Shown: one piece after another, positions 36,830 to 46,617 of the stretch
Numbering within the stretch: position 1 is the first letter of the stretch
How the letters are laid out: each line of letters opens with the position of its first letter
Origin: a bacterium
GTDB lineage: Bacteria; JACRDZ01; JAQUKH01
Length of the DNA stretch: 58,133 nt
Direction of reading: 5' to 3'
NCBI GenBank assembly: GCA_028719205.1
Contig: JAQUKH010000013.1
Location: 1-58,133, forward strand
Notes under the pieces: model-generated
Databases searched by the model: none
Told to the model about the DNA's origin: nothing
What the model saw: only the letters and a program-made list of their open reading frames with translations
Program-made: the position numbers and the translations under genes

Positions 36830-37387
36830 ATGATAGGATTTTTTATAGCATTGGGAATCATCGCTTTAATTGCCATGTTCTTTGCCGGGAATTATAATTC
36901 TCTTGTAACATTGAGAAATCAGGTGAAAAACGCGTGGGCGCAGATCGATGTCCAGTTGAAAAGAAGGTATGACCTTATACCGAACCTGGTAGAAACCGCG
37001 AAAGGATATATGGCGCATGAAAGGGATACGCTTGAAAACATTACGAAGGCGAGAAGCGCGGCGATGAACGCTCAGAGCGGGGGAGTTGGGGCTATATCAA
37101 AAGCGGAAGGCGCGTTGGGAGACGCGTTAAGTAAATTTTTGGTAGTTGTTGAAAGTTATCCCGAACTTAAGGCGAACCAGAATTTTTTAGCGCTTCAGGA
37201 AGAGCTTACATCCACAGAAAATAAGATCGCGTTCGCGAGACAAAGCTATAACGACCAGGTGCTGTTTTTAAATAATAAGATCCAGATGTTTCCTTCAAAC
37301 GTAATCGCGAATATGTTTAATTTTAAAAATGAAGAATTTTTTGAAGCGGAAGCGGGAGCAAAAGAAGCGCCGAAGGTTAAATTTTAA
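36830..37387 (+). CDS. lemA: LemA family protein
   Basis: YNSLV...NAWAQIDVQLKRRYDLIPNLV, ESYPELKANQNF, TENKIAFARQSYN. Confidence 0.95.
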   Translation: MIGFFIALGIIALIAMFFAGNYNSLVTLRNQVKNAWAQIDVQLKRRYDLIPNLVETAKGYMAHERDTLENITKARSAAMNAQSGGVGAISKAEGALGDALSKFLVVVESYPELKANQNFLALQEELTSTENKIAFARQSYNDQVLFLNNKIQMFPSNVIANMFNFKNEEFFEAEAGAKEAPKVKF

Positions 37388-37393
37388 TAAAAT

Positions 37394-38785
37394 ATGTGGG
37401 AAATAATAGAGTCAAATAAAAGAAAATCCTTAATTCTTTTTATCGCCATGGGTGTTTGTCTTGTTTTGCTGGGTTATTTTATAGGCCGGTTTTTTTCTCC
37501 TGATGGCGGGATTTTAGGTATTTTCATCGCGGCAGGAATATGGTGTGTTTTATCAATACTTAGTTATTTTGCGGGTGACCATATAGTGCTTGCCACAAGC
37601 AACGCGAAAGAAGTTTCTTATGATGTCCACCCTCAGCTTTTCAACATTGTTGAAGAGATGAAGATCGCGGCAAATTTCCCGTATATGCCTAAGATCTATA
37701 TAATTGATGACCTTGCCCCGAATGCCTTTGCGACCGGTATCAAGCCCGAAAAGAGTTCTATTGCTGTAACGGCCGGGATGCTTTCCATGTTAAACCGGGA
37801 TGAACTTCAGGGTGTTGTCGCGCACGAAATGTCACATATAGTTAATAGGGATGTTTTATTTGTAACATTCGCAGGGGTTTTGCTGGGAAGTATAACACTT
37901 ATTTCGGAGACGTTTTTGCGGGGAATAATTTACGCTCCAAGGTCATCAAGAAGGTATAAGTCGGACAAAGGCGGAGGGCAGGCCCAGTTATTTATTATTT
38001 TAGCGGCAATCCTTTTCGCGATCTTAGCCCCGATCCTGGCAAGGCTTTTATATTTCGCTATATCAAGAAAAAGAGAATATCTGGCCGACGCTTCGGCTGT
38101 AAGATTGACAAGGTACCCGGAAGGGCTGGCTTCAGCCTTAGAAAAAATTTCATCCGGAAATTTTAACCTTGAAAATGTTAATAGTGTTACCGCCCCGATG
38201 TATATAATAAATCCAATGGAAAAAAATGGGCTGAGATTATCAGACCTTTCAAGTACCCACCCCCCGATTTCAGAGCGGATACATATTTTACGGAGCATAA
38301 TGTATGGGGCGAGCTTCCAGCATTATCAAAAGGCGTTCTCAGATGTTAAAAAAATAACAGTAAAAATCATTCCAGGATCCGCGTTAACGGAAGAAACGGT
38401 TCCGATAAGAGCGGCATCCGTGGATTCCAAACCTGTGGCGGACAAAAAGGAAGAGGCGAGAAATCTGGGCGACTTGATGATGGCGGTCAACAAATATGTG
38501 TTTCTGACTTGCGTGTGCGGCCTGAAGATTAAGATCCCGCCTGATTTTGGCAAACCTAAGATACAATGCCCGCGGTGCAATTGCGAACTTGAAGTTCCGT
38601 CCGCGAAAGATAATAATGAACCTGCAGGCGTTTATACCGCTTCACCTGAATATATCAGGCAGGGTAACCGGTGGGAAACATTTTCCTGTTCCTGCGGTGC
38701 GTTACAGCAGATTTCACCCGCCTTTTCAGCCTCGCATCTTACCTGCAAGGTTTGCGGAAAAGCGATTCAGATCAAAAACCAGTAG
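37394..38785 (+). CDS. htpX: HtpX-like M48 zinc metalloprotease with C-terminal Cys-rich extension
   Basis: PNAFATG, AHEMSH, SRKREYLAD, STHPPISERI; tail with CVCG, CPRC, CSCG, CKVC. Confidence 0.88.
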   Translation: MWEIIESNKRKSLILFIAMGVCLVLLGYFIGRFFSPDGGILGIFIAAGIWCVLSILSYFAGDHIVLATSNAKEVSYDVHPQLFNIVEEMKIAANFPYMPKIYIIDDLAPNAFATGIKPEKSSIAVTAGMLSMLNRDELQGVVAHEMSHIVNRDVLFVTFAGVLLGSITLISETFLRGIIYAPRSSRRYKSDKGGGQAQLFIILAAILFAILAPILARLLYFAISRKREYLADASAVRLTRYPEGLASALEKISSGNFNLENVNSVTAPMYIINPMEKNGLRLSDLSSTHPPISERIHILRSIMYGASFQHYQKAFSDVKKITVKIIPGSALTEETVPIRAASVDSKPVADKKEEARNLGDLMMAVNKYVFLTCVCGLKIKIPPDFGKPKIQCPRCNCELEVPSAKDNNEPAGVYTASPEYIRQGNRWETFSCSCGALQQISPAFSASHLTCKVCGKAIQIKNQ

Positions 38786-38815
38786 ATTTATTCTTCTTAA
38801 GTATTGCCCGAAAAT

Positions 38816-40846
38816 TTATTTTTTTGAAACATCAGGTTTAATAATTTTTACTATTGACTTAATTGTTTCGACTGGAATATTAATATTCTCTGATATTCCG
38901 TTATTTTGATTTTTGGAACTGAATCCTATACTGCCGATATTTCCTTCTGAAGCCGGCATTTCGCCGAACCTGTTTTTAATCTTTTCTAAAGGAACAGGTG
39001 AATCTAAACTTCCGTGAGTTTCACATGTAACTTTACCTGAAGTGCTGTCTATAGAGTAGCTGTCACGCGGCCTTTTTTTGATTAAAGGTATTGTGTTTTC
39101 ATTAGCGAATAGTTCATCCAGATTTTGCGGATATTTTTTCATTTCATTATAGTATGATCCGGCAGCATTTTCAATGTTCTTAATGATGTCAAAACAAGAT
39201 TTTTGCTTATTTGATTTTGAGAAACCATTAATTGTTTTTATAATTGAGATTATTGATAAATATGATATTGAGTCGGTGTCTTCAGGTAAATTCATAATAG
39301 CCGCCTGATACTTTGGAGATTTTACAAGTGGAGAGCGGGTTCCGTTGTTTAATGAATCAATAGTTTGTTTTATTAAATCGTCTGATTCGGAAAAACAGAA
39401 TATTTGTTTATTTTTTGTGACTGCTTGCCATGAAATTAAGTCATTGAGCCATGAAAAAGTTTTCTCTATTTCAGGAAGATTAATATTAGTTTTAAAGGAT
39501 GTAATATTAACTCCATTATAATCAATAACCTCTTTAATTTCTGAAGGATGCTCTGGGTTTGAAAAAGGATTATTTTGTCCAAATGCCCTAAATAGCATTT
39601 TGGGGTTCTCCATACTTAACTGTTTTTGAATATTCGAGGCTTCCGGCATATTTGTAACTTCCCTGACCCATAAAATGTTAATCGGAAATTTTCCTGATGA
39701 CGGAAAAATCGCAATACTTTCTTCATTCCCTAGATATGAGGCCTGCCATTTTAGATTTTCTAGTAATGATTCCTTAAATTTTGTTATTTCCGTACTGTCT
39801 AATGCTAAAATGGTTGTGTCAACATTCTCCAATATTCTAGAATAAATATCCGGCAATGTTTCGGGATTTGATTTAGTGTCGGTGGCGAATATACAGTTAT
39901 CATTTATATATTCCATATGCCTCAGTTTTATGTTCTTTTGTACCAGATAATTTTGAATAAGGCTTTCTTTTTTGAATCCTAAATAAGAATCGATGACTAT
40001 TCCTTTTTCATGTAGATGAGCTGAAAAGCCGGCGCTTTCTAATTGTTCAAGCATCCAGGTAACTAGCTTTAAATACGACCTGGAAAGGTTTTGAAGCTGT
40101 TGAGGATCCATTTTTTGATTTTGAGGATTTTGACCCACATTTGGACTGCTGATTGCTTTTTGCGTATACATGTCTCCGAATAATTGGATCGTGGGCAAGA
40201 ACATATTCACTAATAATTCCGCATTTACATACATTACAATTTCATAATCTCTGATTGATTTATTGAGGTTTGAATATTTAGGGTTTGCCGTTATGGAATT
40301 ACTTTTTCCTTTATAACAATTAATGATCAACCTTGCAGTGGTTTCATCGCCGCAATTCACAAGGTAATCATCAATAAAAAAATAACATTCCTGTTTTGAT
40401 TGCGAAAAAATGTAAATTTCAATCCCTTCATGGATAGGGATCGGTTCAATAAGATTCCCTTTTTTATTTTTTAAGGATTCTAAAGTTTTATCTTTGTTAA
40501 TGATCTGATAAGCGTATGCCTTGTTTTTCCAGTTAAAGCCCGGCCAAAACAGGATCAAGTCGCCGTTTATTTTTATGCCTGTTTCATTTTGCAGTTCTTC
40601 CTTGTTTTTAGCTTTAACATCAATAAGCCCTCCTATTAAGCTGGAAACAGATTGCTCTTTTTGGTTATATGTCGAATCTATTTCATATGCAAGTTTATCT
40701 ACAGAACCTATGGTTTTTTCAACATCTGAGATCCTTAAATATCCGAGAGACTCTGAGGGCACAAATCGCAGGCTATCTGAATAAACATAAGGTGTTAATA
40801 TATTAATAATTAATATTATAAATAAAGCAGTAAAACATTTTTTCAT
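38816..40846 (-). CDS. Secreted hypothetical protein with an embedded pilin-like segment near the C-terminus
   Basis: AAGGAG RBS before ATG 40846; signal peptide; segment KSCFDIIKNIENAAGSYY...YPQNLDEL...YSIDSTSGKVTCETHGS. Confidence 0.6.
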   Translation of the reverse strand: MKKCFTALFIILIINILTPYVYSDSLRFVPSESLGYLRISDVEKTIGSVDKLAYEIDSTYNQKEQSVSSLIGGLIDVKAKNKEELQNETGIKINGDLILFWPGFNWKNKAYAYQIINKDKTLESLKNKKGNLIEPIPIHEGIEIYIFSQSKQECYFFIDDYLVNCGDETTARLIINCYKGKSNSITANPKYSNLNKSIRDYEIVMYVNAELLVNMFLPTIQLFGDMYTQKAISSPNVGQNPQNQKMDPQQLQNLSRSYLKLVTWMLEQLESAGFSAHLHEKGIVIDSYLGFKKESLIQNYLVQKNIKLRHMEYINDNCIFATDTKSNPETLPDIYSRILENVDTTILALDSTEITKFKESLLENLKWQASYLGNEESIAIFPSSGKFPINILWVREVTNMPEASNIQKQLSMENPKMLFRAFGQNNPFSNPEHPSEIKEVIDYNGVNITSFKTNINLPEIEKTFSWLNDLISWQAVTKNKQIFCFSESDDLIKQTIDSLNNGTRSPLVKSPKYQAAIMNLPEDTDSISYLSIISIIKTINGFSKSNKQKSCFDIIKNIENAAGSYYNEMKKYPQNLDELFANENTIPLIKKRPRDSYSIDSTSGKVTCETHGSLDSPVPLEKIKNRFGEMPASEGNIGSIGFSSKNQNNGISENINIPVETIKSIVKIIKPDVSKK

Positions 40847-40929
40847 AAAATGGTCTCCTTTAGGCAGTATTATCAATTTAATTAAAACGCTTTATTCTAA
40901 CCTTTCCTATTTTATTTGTCGAGTGATTT

Positions 40930-41439
40930 TTAGAACAGGGGTAAAGCGGAATTTATCAACAATGCCTGCAATGGTTTTCTATTTGATTTTAATTTTTTCT
41001 TTACAGGATAACCTAATGATATAACAGCCATAAGCTCTAAATTTTTATCTAATTTTAAAAATTTTCTCACGTCTTCTTTTTTATTTAAGATCTCGCCCAG
41101 CCAGCAGGCACCCAATTTTAAAGAATGCGCCATAAGCAGCATATTTTGAATGGACGCGCCAATCGCCATCAGATCCTTATCCCGGTTATAGGATGCCTTT
41201 AGATCCAGAAAAACTAAAATAAGAACAGGCGCGCCTTTAATTACTTTTGAATATTTTGTAAATTCCGATATGGCATTTATTACGCCTTTATTTTTAACAA
41301 TCAGAAATCTCCACGGCTGATTATTTAATCCCGACGGCGCCCATCTGCCCGCCTCAAGGATCTTCTTAATATCAGCATTCTTAGGTATAATTTCTTTATA
41401 TTGTCTCACTGAACGCCTGGTTTTTATGGTAGTTAACAT
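40930..41439 (-). CDS. Nitroreductase family protein
   Basis: IKTRRSVRQY, WAPSGLNNQPWRF, QNMLLMAHSLKLGACW, SLGYP. Confidence 0.93.
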   Translation of the reverse strand: MLTTIKTRRSVRQYKEIIPKNADIKKILEAGRWAPSGLNNQPWRFLIVKNKGVINAISEFTKYSKVIKGAPVLILVFLDLKASYNRDKDLMAIGASIQNMLLMAHSLKLGACWLGEILNKKEDVRKFLKLDKNLELMAVISLGYPVKKKLKSNRKPLQALLINSALPLF

Positions 41440-41628
41440 ATTTTTTTATATCTCTTCACATTTAATATCCCTGAAGCGATTAAACTTTCTAATCGCTTCA
41501 ATATATGAAGCAATTATTACGCATAATTGTAACTAAATCAAGTGATTTTGAACCATTTTCCGGATTTTCTTTTCAATAATTATTGATTTTTATTATATAA
41601 TCAAATTTTAAAATATAAAAGGATAATT

Positions 41629-42909
41629 ATGGGCCATTTAGTTGGAAAAGATATTTACCGGGAGCTTGGTCAAAAAATTGATGGCTTGACAATGAGGACG
41701 CCGTGGAATGAAACGTTTCACGAAATACTGAAAGAGCTTTACACAATGGAAGAGGCGGATGTTATTGTCAATATGCCTTTTGTTTTGTCTGATCTTAACA
41801 GGATCCTGAGGGTTACAAAATACGAGGAAGCCAAATTACGCGGGATACTTGAAAGCCTTTGTTCTAAAGGATTAGTTATGGATCTTTTCATTGGCGGTGA
41901 ATATTATTACATGATCTCTCCGCTGGTTATCGGTTTTTTTGAATTTACGATGATGCGGATGGATGGAAATTATGACCCGAAAAAGATCTCGAGGCTATTT
42001 TTTAGGTATATGGCAAACAGGTCTTTTCAGGATGCTAATTTCGGCAAGGAAACTAAGGTTTCTATTATGAGGACTATTCCTCATGAAGAAGCGTTCATGC
42101 CGGATGAATATGTCGAGATACTGGATTATGAAAAAGCCTGGTCTATTATTGAATCTTCAAATAAGTTTTCGATCGGTATCTGTTCCTGCCGCCATGAGAA
42201 ATCCCATATCGGCAGAAGCAAATGTGTTGTTCCTCTGGATACCTGTACCTCTTTTGGACTTGCCGCGGATTATTTGATCAGGAGAAATCTGGCAAAAGAA
42301 GTTTCTAAATCTGAGATGCTGGAGCATTTTGCAAGGTCGAAAGAAATGGGGCTGGTCCTGAACGCGGATAACGTGAAAAACAATGTAGCTTTTATCTGTC
42401 AATGCTGTAAATGCTGCTGTAACCTGCTTTTAGGCGTAAGTAAGCTGGGGTACGCGAATACGATCGTTACCTCCAATTTTATTTCTGATATAAAGGAAGA
42501 TAAATGTACCGGCTGCGGGTTGTGTGTGAAAAAGTGCCCCGTTAACGCGATCAAAATGGATCAGAAAATCCCAAAGATAGATAAATCTATCTGTCTTGGA
42601 TGCGGGGTATGTGCGCTAAAATGTAACGCGAAGGCTGTTAGATTGATATCCCGCGGTAAGAGGCTGTTGACTCCCGAAACAACATTTGAGAGAGTTATTC
42701 TAACGGGCCTTGAAAAAGGCACCCTTCAGAACCTGATGTTTGATGATCCGCGAAGCATAACTCATAAATTTATGAGAGGTTTTATAGGCGGGTTCTTAAA
42801 ACTTCCGGTTACGAAAAAAGCCTTGATGAGCGATATGTTCCGGTCAATATTTCTTAGCTCAATGAAAACCGGAGTTGAAATGCAGGGCAAAGGATTTGTT
42901 GCCAAGTAG
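41629..42909 (+). CDS. 4Fe-4S dicluster ferredoxin-domain protein
   Basis: CSCRH, ICQCCKCCC, CTGCGLCVKKCP and CLGCGVCALKC. Confidence 0.88.
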   Translation: MGHLVGKDIYRELGQKIDGLTMRTPWNETFHEILKELYTMEEADVIVNMPFVLSDLNRILRVTKYEEAKLRGILESLCSKGLVMDLFIGGEYYYMISPLVIGFFEFTMMRMDGNYDPKKISRLFFRYMANRSFQDANFGKETKVSIMRTIPHEEAFMPDEYVEILDYEKAWSIIESSNKFSIGICSCRHEKSHIGRSKCVVPLDTCTSFGLAADYLIRRNLAKEVSKSEMLEHFARSKEMGLVLNADNVKNNVAFICQCCKCCCNLLLGVSKLGYANTIVTSNFISDIKEDKCTGCGLCVKKCPVNAIKMDQKIPKIDKSICLGCGVCALKCNAKAVRLISRGKRLLTPETTFERVILTGLEKGTLQNLMFDDPRSITHKFMRGFIGGFLKLPVTKKALMSDMFRSIFLSSMKTGVEMQGKGFVAK

Positions 42910-42924
42910 CATTTTAGAATAATA

Positions 42925-43296
42925 TTAATTCACTGTTTTAACCTTAAGCATTTGTATATTATGCGCTGTCGTACTGCCTTTTCCAACTCTAACCGTGTTT
43001 GAATAAAATTGGTAACCTGTTTTTTCCGCGGTTATCAGTCGGTCGCCGGCACCTATGTTTTTTATGCTGTATATTCCATTTAAATCGGTCGAGGCAATAA
43101 GATCATCGATCTTAACGATAACCCCTGTAATAGGATTTCCGGTTGATATATCCTTCACAATACCTTCTACATTTCCGATGTTGCTGGAATCAATGACAGG
43201 GTTGCCTCCTGATATAAAATAGTTACAGTTTATATTTGCTGAAGATAAAAATATTATTGTGAATAGCAATAAAATATTATTAATTTTTAATTTCAT
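42925..43296 (-). CDS. Secreted carboxypeptidase-regulatory-like (Ig-fold) small protein
   Basis: Signal peptide; GNVEGIVKD..TGNPITGVIV...TDLNGIYSI...ITAEKTGY. Confidence 0.75.
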   Translation of the reverse strand: MKLKINNILLLFTIIFLSSANINCNYFISGGNPVIDSSNIGNVEGIVKDISTGNPITGVIVKIDDLIASTDLNGIYSIKNIGAGDRLITAEKTGYQFYSNTVRVGKGSTTAHNIQMLKVKTVN

Positions 43297-43412
43297 AAAT
43301 TATAATAAATTTTGTTTTTACTATTTTACCCCTTTTTTCTGAATATTCCATTCAATTTAATAAAGGCAGATTTGAACCAGTCCCTGCGAATAAAAATGTT
43401 TTAAAATTTCTC

Positions 43413-43454
43413 TTGACAATTAAAACCATTGGTAATATAATGACCAACAGTCAT
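43413..43454 (+). promoter_or_regulatory. sigma70 promoter with an overlapping TGAC-N5-GTCA inverted repeat (candidate TetR operator)
   Basis: TTGACA-N17-TATAAT, then ATGACCAACAGTCAT; paralogous to 45859-45898. Confidence 0.75.
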
Positions 43455-43521
43455 AATCTTACTAGTAGATATTAAATAAATACAGGTATAAAGTTAAAAC
43501 CTATAAATTAAGGAGAATGTT

Positions 43522-44208
43522 ATGAGCAGGAAAAGTATTTTATTTTTGATTTTGTTTTTATTAACAGCAAATAACATTTATGGTTTTCAGATTAACATTG
43601 AAGTTGAGGATTCTACAGGAATAAGCGAAAAATGTAAAATTGACAGGCTGGATATAAAAAGCGAAAAAAATAAAGATTATAAGCATTGGGAAATAAGTCC
43701 GATGATTGCGTCAAGGTCCGGAATTGAATTCAATATAATGTATGATTCTTATAAAACAAAATTTTCTACGTATGAAAAACTGGATTCTACAAATTTTAAG
43801 CATAGAAGAACCTGCTATGGAAATTCAGTGTCCGGTATAAGTATAAAATACTTACCAGGGAAAGACGATATCCCAAGTTATGATAAGGTTGATAATGGCA
43901 TAAATTTAACTTATTTAGGTAAAAAAACAAAACAATCATTTGCAATAGGATTTAAAAGCAGGAGTTTGCATAGTAAAAATGAAAATGCCGGATTTGATGG
44001 TTTTGGAATGGGGTTTGGATATGGATTTGTAATTAATGACGGAGTTCACCATTATATTTCCGGAACTGATAATTTTGGTAAAAAAGATATTGATGTCCAT
44101 TTATATTTTGAATTTGAACCAGCATGGGAAAATAGATATTTTATATTAGGAGTTAACTATAATACTTATTTCCAGCAATTTTCAGGAAAAGTGGGCTATA
44201 AGTTTTAA
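43522..44208 (+). CDS. Secreted hypothetical protein, possible outer-membrane beta-barrel
   Basis: AAGGAG RBS, signal peptide, alternating aromatic/Gly strands and terminal KVGYKF. Confidence 0.55.
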   Translation: MSRKSILFLILFLLTANNIYGFQINIEVEDSTGISEKCKIDRLDIKSEKNKDYKHWEISPMIASRSGIEFNIMYDSYKTKFSTYEKLDSTNFKHRRTCYGNSVSGISIKYLPGKDDIPSYDKVDNGINLTYLGKKTKQSFAIGFKSRSLHSKNENAGFDGFGMGFGYGFVINDGVHHYISGTDNFGKKDIDVHLYFEFEPAWENRYFILGVNYNTYFQQFSGKVGYKF

Positions 44209-44222
44209 TAGGGGAAATTGAA

Positions 44223-44354
44223 ATGACAAACCAAGCCGCAAGTGTATCACAAAGCAAAACTGGAAAAGCCGCAAGATTAGCATTTTTTCTTGTTATAATA
44301 ACCACTATACTCAAATGGATATGGTTTTTGATCAAAGGCGGAAACGGCCAGCCA
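44223..44354 (+). pseudogene. Internally deleted DUF4386 copy fused in frame to the downstream methyltransferase
   Basis: MTNQAASVSQSKT...LKWI resembles the N-terminus, and WFLIKGGNGQ the C-terminus, of the 45044-45754 protein. Confidence 0.7.
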
Positions 44355-44997
44355 ATGGAAAAAACAGAAAAGTTTTGGGACATGATATCAAATGATTTTG
44401 ATAAGCAAGCCGGCAAGATAGCTGAACAGAATCACATTAATATTGTAGAAAAGGCAAAAAAATCTCAAAGTCGGCGATATTGTTTTAGATTGTGGCTGTG
44501 CGACAGGAACGGTAGCCATTGAAATTGCCGGCAATGTGAAAAGGATTCATGGTATTGATATATCGCCCAAAATGATCGATGCTGCGAAAAGAAAAGCAGC
44601 TGAGCGAAAAATTGGGAATATAGATTTTACACCAGCAACCATATTTGATGAGAAACACATGATAGCATCATTTGATGTGATACTGGCTCTCAATGTTCTG
44701 CATTTGCTGGAAGATACACAGAAGGTCATGAAGAGGATGAATGAATTATTGAAACCTGGAGGATTTGTTATTTCTTCAACAGTATGCATGGGTGAGAAGA
44801 AGACAGTTAGTAATATTCTTTTATTTCTCCTGATAAAAATAGGAATAATTCCATCTATGAGGTTCTTTAAAGCCTCTGAATTAGAAGATTCAATAGCTAA
44901 TGAAAATTTCCAAATTGTTGAAACTGAAAGTATCAATACTATTGATTTACAACAGAACTATTTCATTGTAGCAAAGAAGATATTGACAATGAGCTAA
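44355..44997 (+). pseudogene. Class I SAM methyltransferase, frameshifted at the A7 run 44456-44462
   Basis: MEKTEKFWD... in one frame continues as LKVGDIVLDCGCATG...HGIDIS...FDVI...LKPGG in another frame. Confidence 0.8.
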
Positions 44998-45043
44998 CCT
45001 GTAGAACATGATAACAAAAACCAGCAAATCAGGAGAAAATGAA

Positions 45044-45754
45044 ATGACAAATCATACTGCAGATGCATCACTAATCAAAACAGCAAGAATCGCAGGCATC
45101 ATGTTTCTATTAAGCTTAATACTCCCAACACTTAACTGGATCTTTGTTCTATCCAAATTTATTGCAGCAGAAAATGCCATAGCTACAGCCAATAACATTA
45201 TGGTCAATGAGCTGCTATTTCGTATTGGTATTATTAACGAACTCATCATATCTGTCGTTGCGGTTGTATTGGCTACAGTTCTTTATATAATACTCAAACC
45301 GGTAAACAAGAATCTTGCGCTGCTTGCGCTTTTCCTGAAATTGACAGAGGCCATCCTAATGGCAGTTATTGCGCTCAGCAGTTTTATTTCTCTGCTGATT
45401 TTAAAAGGCCAAACCTCTTTGAAAGTATTTGAACCGGAACAGTTACAAACCCTAGTCGGATTACTTATCAACGAAAGAATGACTGTATCTGCTGTTCCTA
45501 TGGTATTTCTTGGGTTGAATTTTATGGTATTTTTGTATTTATTATTAAAGTCGAAATACGTTCCCGGCATACTGGCCGGTTTTGGAATTCTTTCATATAC
45601 GCTCATTTTCATTTATGCCTTAATAACTATTCTTTCGCCTAAGTGCGCGGCGGTAATAATAATTCAAATAATTTGCTGGGCTCCTAGTTGTTTTTTTGAA
45701 CTAATAATTGGTTTATGGTTTTTGATTAAAGGGGTAAACATCCAGCAGGAGTAG
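45044..45754 (+). CDS. DUF4386 family membrane protein
   Basis: AGGAG RBS; KTARIAG...TANNI..NELLFRIG...LYIILKPVNKNLALLA...FELIIGLWFLIKG. Confidence 0.85.
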   Translation: MTNHTADASLIKTARIAGIMFLLSLILPTLNWIFVLSKFIAAENAIATANNIMVNELLFRIGIINELIISVVAVVLATVLYIILKPVNKNLALLALFLKLTEAILMAVIALSSFISLLILKGQTSLKVFEPEQLQTLVGLLINERMTVSAVPMVFLGLNFMVFLYLLLKSKYVPGILAGFGILSYTLIFIYALITILSPKCAAVIIIQIICWAPSCFFELIIGLWFLIKGVNIQQE

Positions 45755-45758
45755 GTAA

Positions 45759-45811
45759 ATGAATAAAATAGAAAATTTCTGGGATATGTTATCAAATAAA
45801 TTTGATAAACG
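45759..45811 (+). pseudogene. 5' stub of a second methyltransferase copy
   Basis: MNKIENFWDMLSNKFDK versus MEKTEKFWDMISNDFDK at 44355. Confidence 0.7.
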
Positions 45812-45858
45812 TTGTTGCTTAGTGTAAATAACTATAGAAAAATATTTTAAAATTTCTC

Positions 45859-45916
45859 TTGACAAACAAAACCATGGATATATAATGACTACCAGTCAGT
45901 ATATAACTTATAGTCA
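45859..45916 (+). promoter_or_regulatory. sigma70 promoter of tetR with TGACT-N3-AGTCA operator(s)
   Basis: TTGACA-N16-TATAAT, TGACTACCAGTCA (45886-45898) and a second imperfect site TAACTTATAGTCA (45904-45916). Confidence 0.75.
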
Positions 45917-45939
45917 ATATATTGATTTGAAAGGATCTT

Positions 45940-46617
45940 ATGGGAATAAATGAAAGAAAAAAAAGGGAAAAAGAACAGCGGAAAACACAGATAATTAAGG
46001 CGGGTGAGAAACTTTTTCTTAAAAAAGGGCTTGGAAATACCACAATGGATGAGATAGCTAAATCCTGTGAGTTAAGCAAAGGGACCCTGTATCTTTATTT
46101 CAGGAGCAAAGAAGAGCTTTACCTGACAATAATGCTTAAGGCTATGAATATTCTTTATGAAATGATGAAAGAAAAATCAGAAAAAGCTCCGGTTCCGCCT
46201 GAAAAATTCAGGGCGATAGGGGAAGCTTATCTGGAGTATTATAAGAAATATCCTCACTATTTTAATATTATAACGCGCTTCGTTGACCATAGCTTACTTG
46301 CTGATAGGGCGGAGATAAAAGAAGTTTTGGGTGAAATATTTAAGGCGAACAATAAGGTATGGGAATTGATCACACGGATAATCGTTGAAGGTATTAAAAA
46401 GGGATTCTTTAATAATAAGGTTAATCCTATGGAATTGGCGATCATTATGTGGACCTCATCAAATGGGATGATACAGTTTATGGATCACTTGAAAAATGAA
46501 GAACATCACGAGGAAGACGGGGCGTTCATGCCTTTTAACCTGAACAGTGAAGATATGTTGAGGAAGACATGGGAACTGATAATGGATGGAATCATAAAAG
46601 AGGAGACAAGAAAATGA
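45940..46617 (+). CDS. TetR/AcrR family transcriptional regulator
   Basis: ERKKREKEQRKTQII...TTMDEIAKSCELSKGTLYLYFRSKEEL. Confidence 0.95.
   Translation: MGINERKKREKEQRKTQIIKAGEKLFLKKGLGNTTMDEIAKSCELSKGTLYLYFRSKEELYLTIMLKAMNILYEMMKEKSEKAPVPPEKFRAIGEAYLEYYKKYPHYFNIITRFVDHSLLADRAEIKEVLGEIFKANNKVWELITRIIVEGIKKGFFNNKVNPMELAIIMWTSSNGMIQFMDHLKNEEHHEEDGAFMPFNLNSEDMLRKTWELIMDGIIKEETRK

Noticed and set aside
43365-43387. tRNA T-loop-like GGTTCAAATC on the minus strand, or a preQ1-like stem on the plus strand
   Set aside because: The flanking T-stem does not pair, no cloverleaf can be drawn, and the loop does not fit the preQ1 consensus.
43481-45004. lux-box half sites TACAGGT (43481) and ACCTGTAG (44997)
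   Set aside because: No matching second arm at the right spacing; expected by chance.
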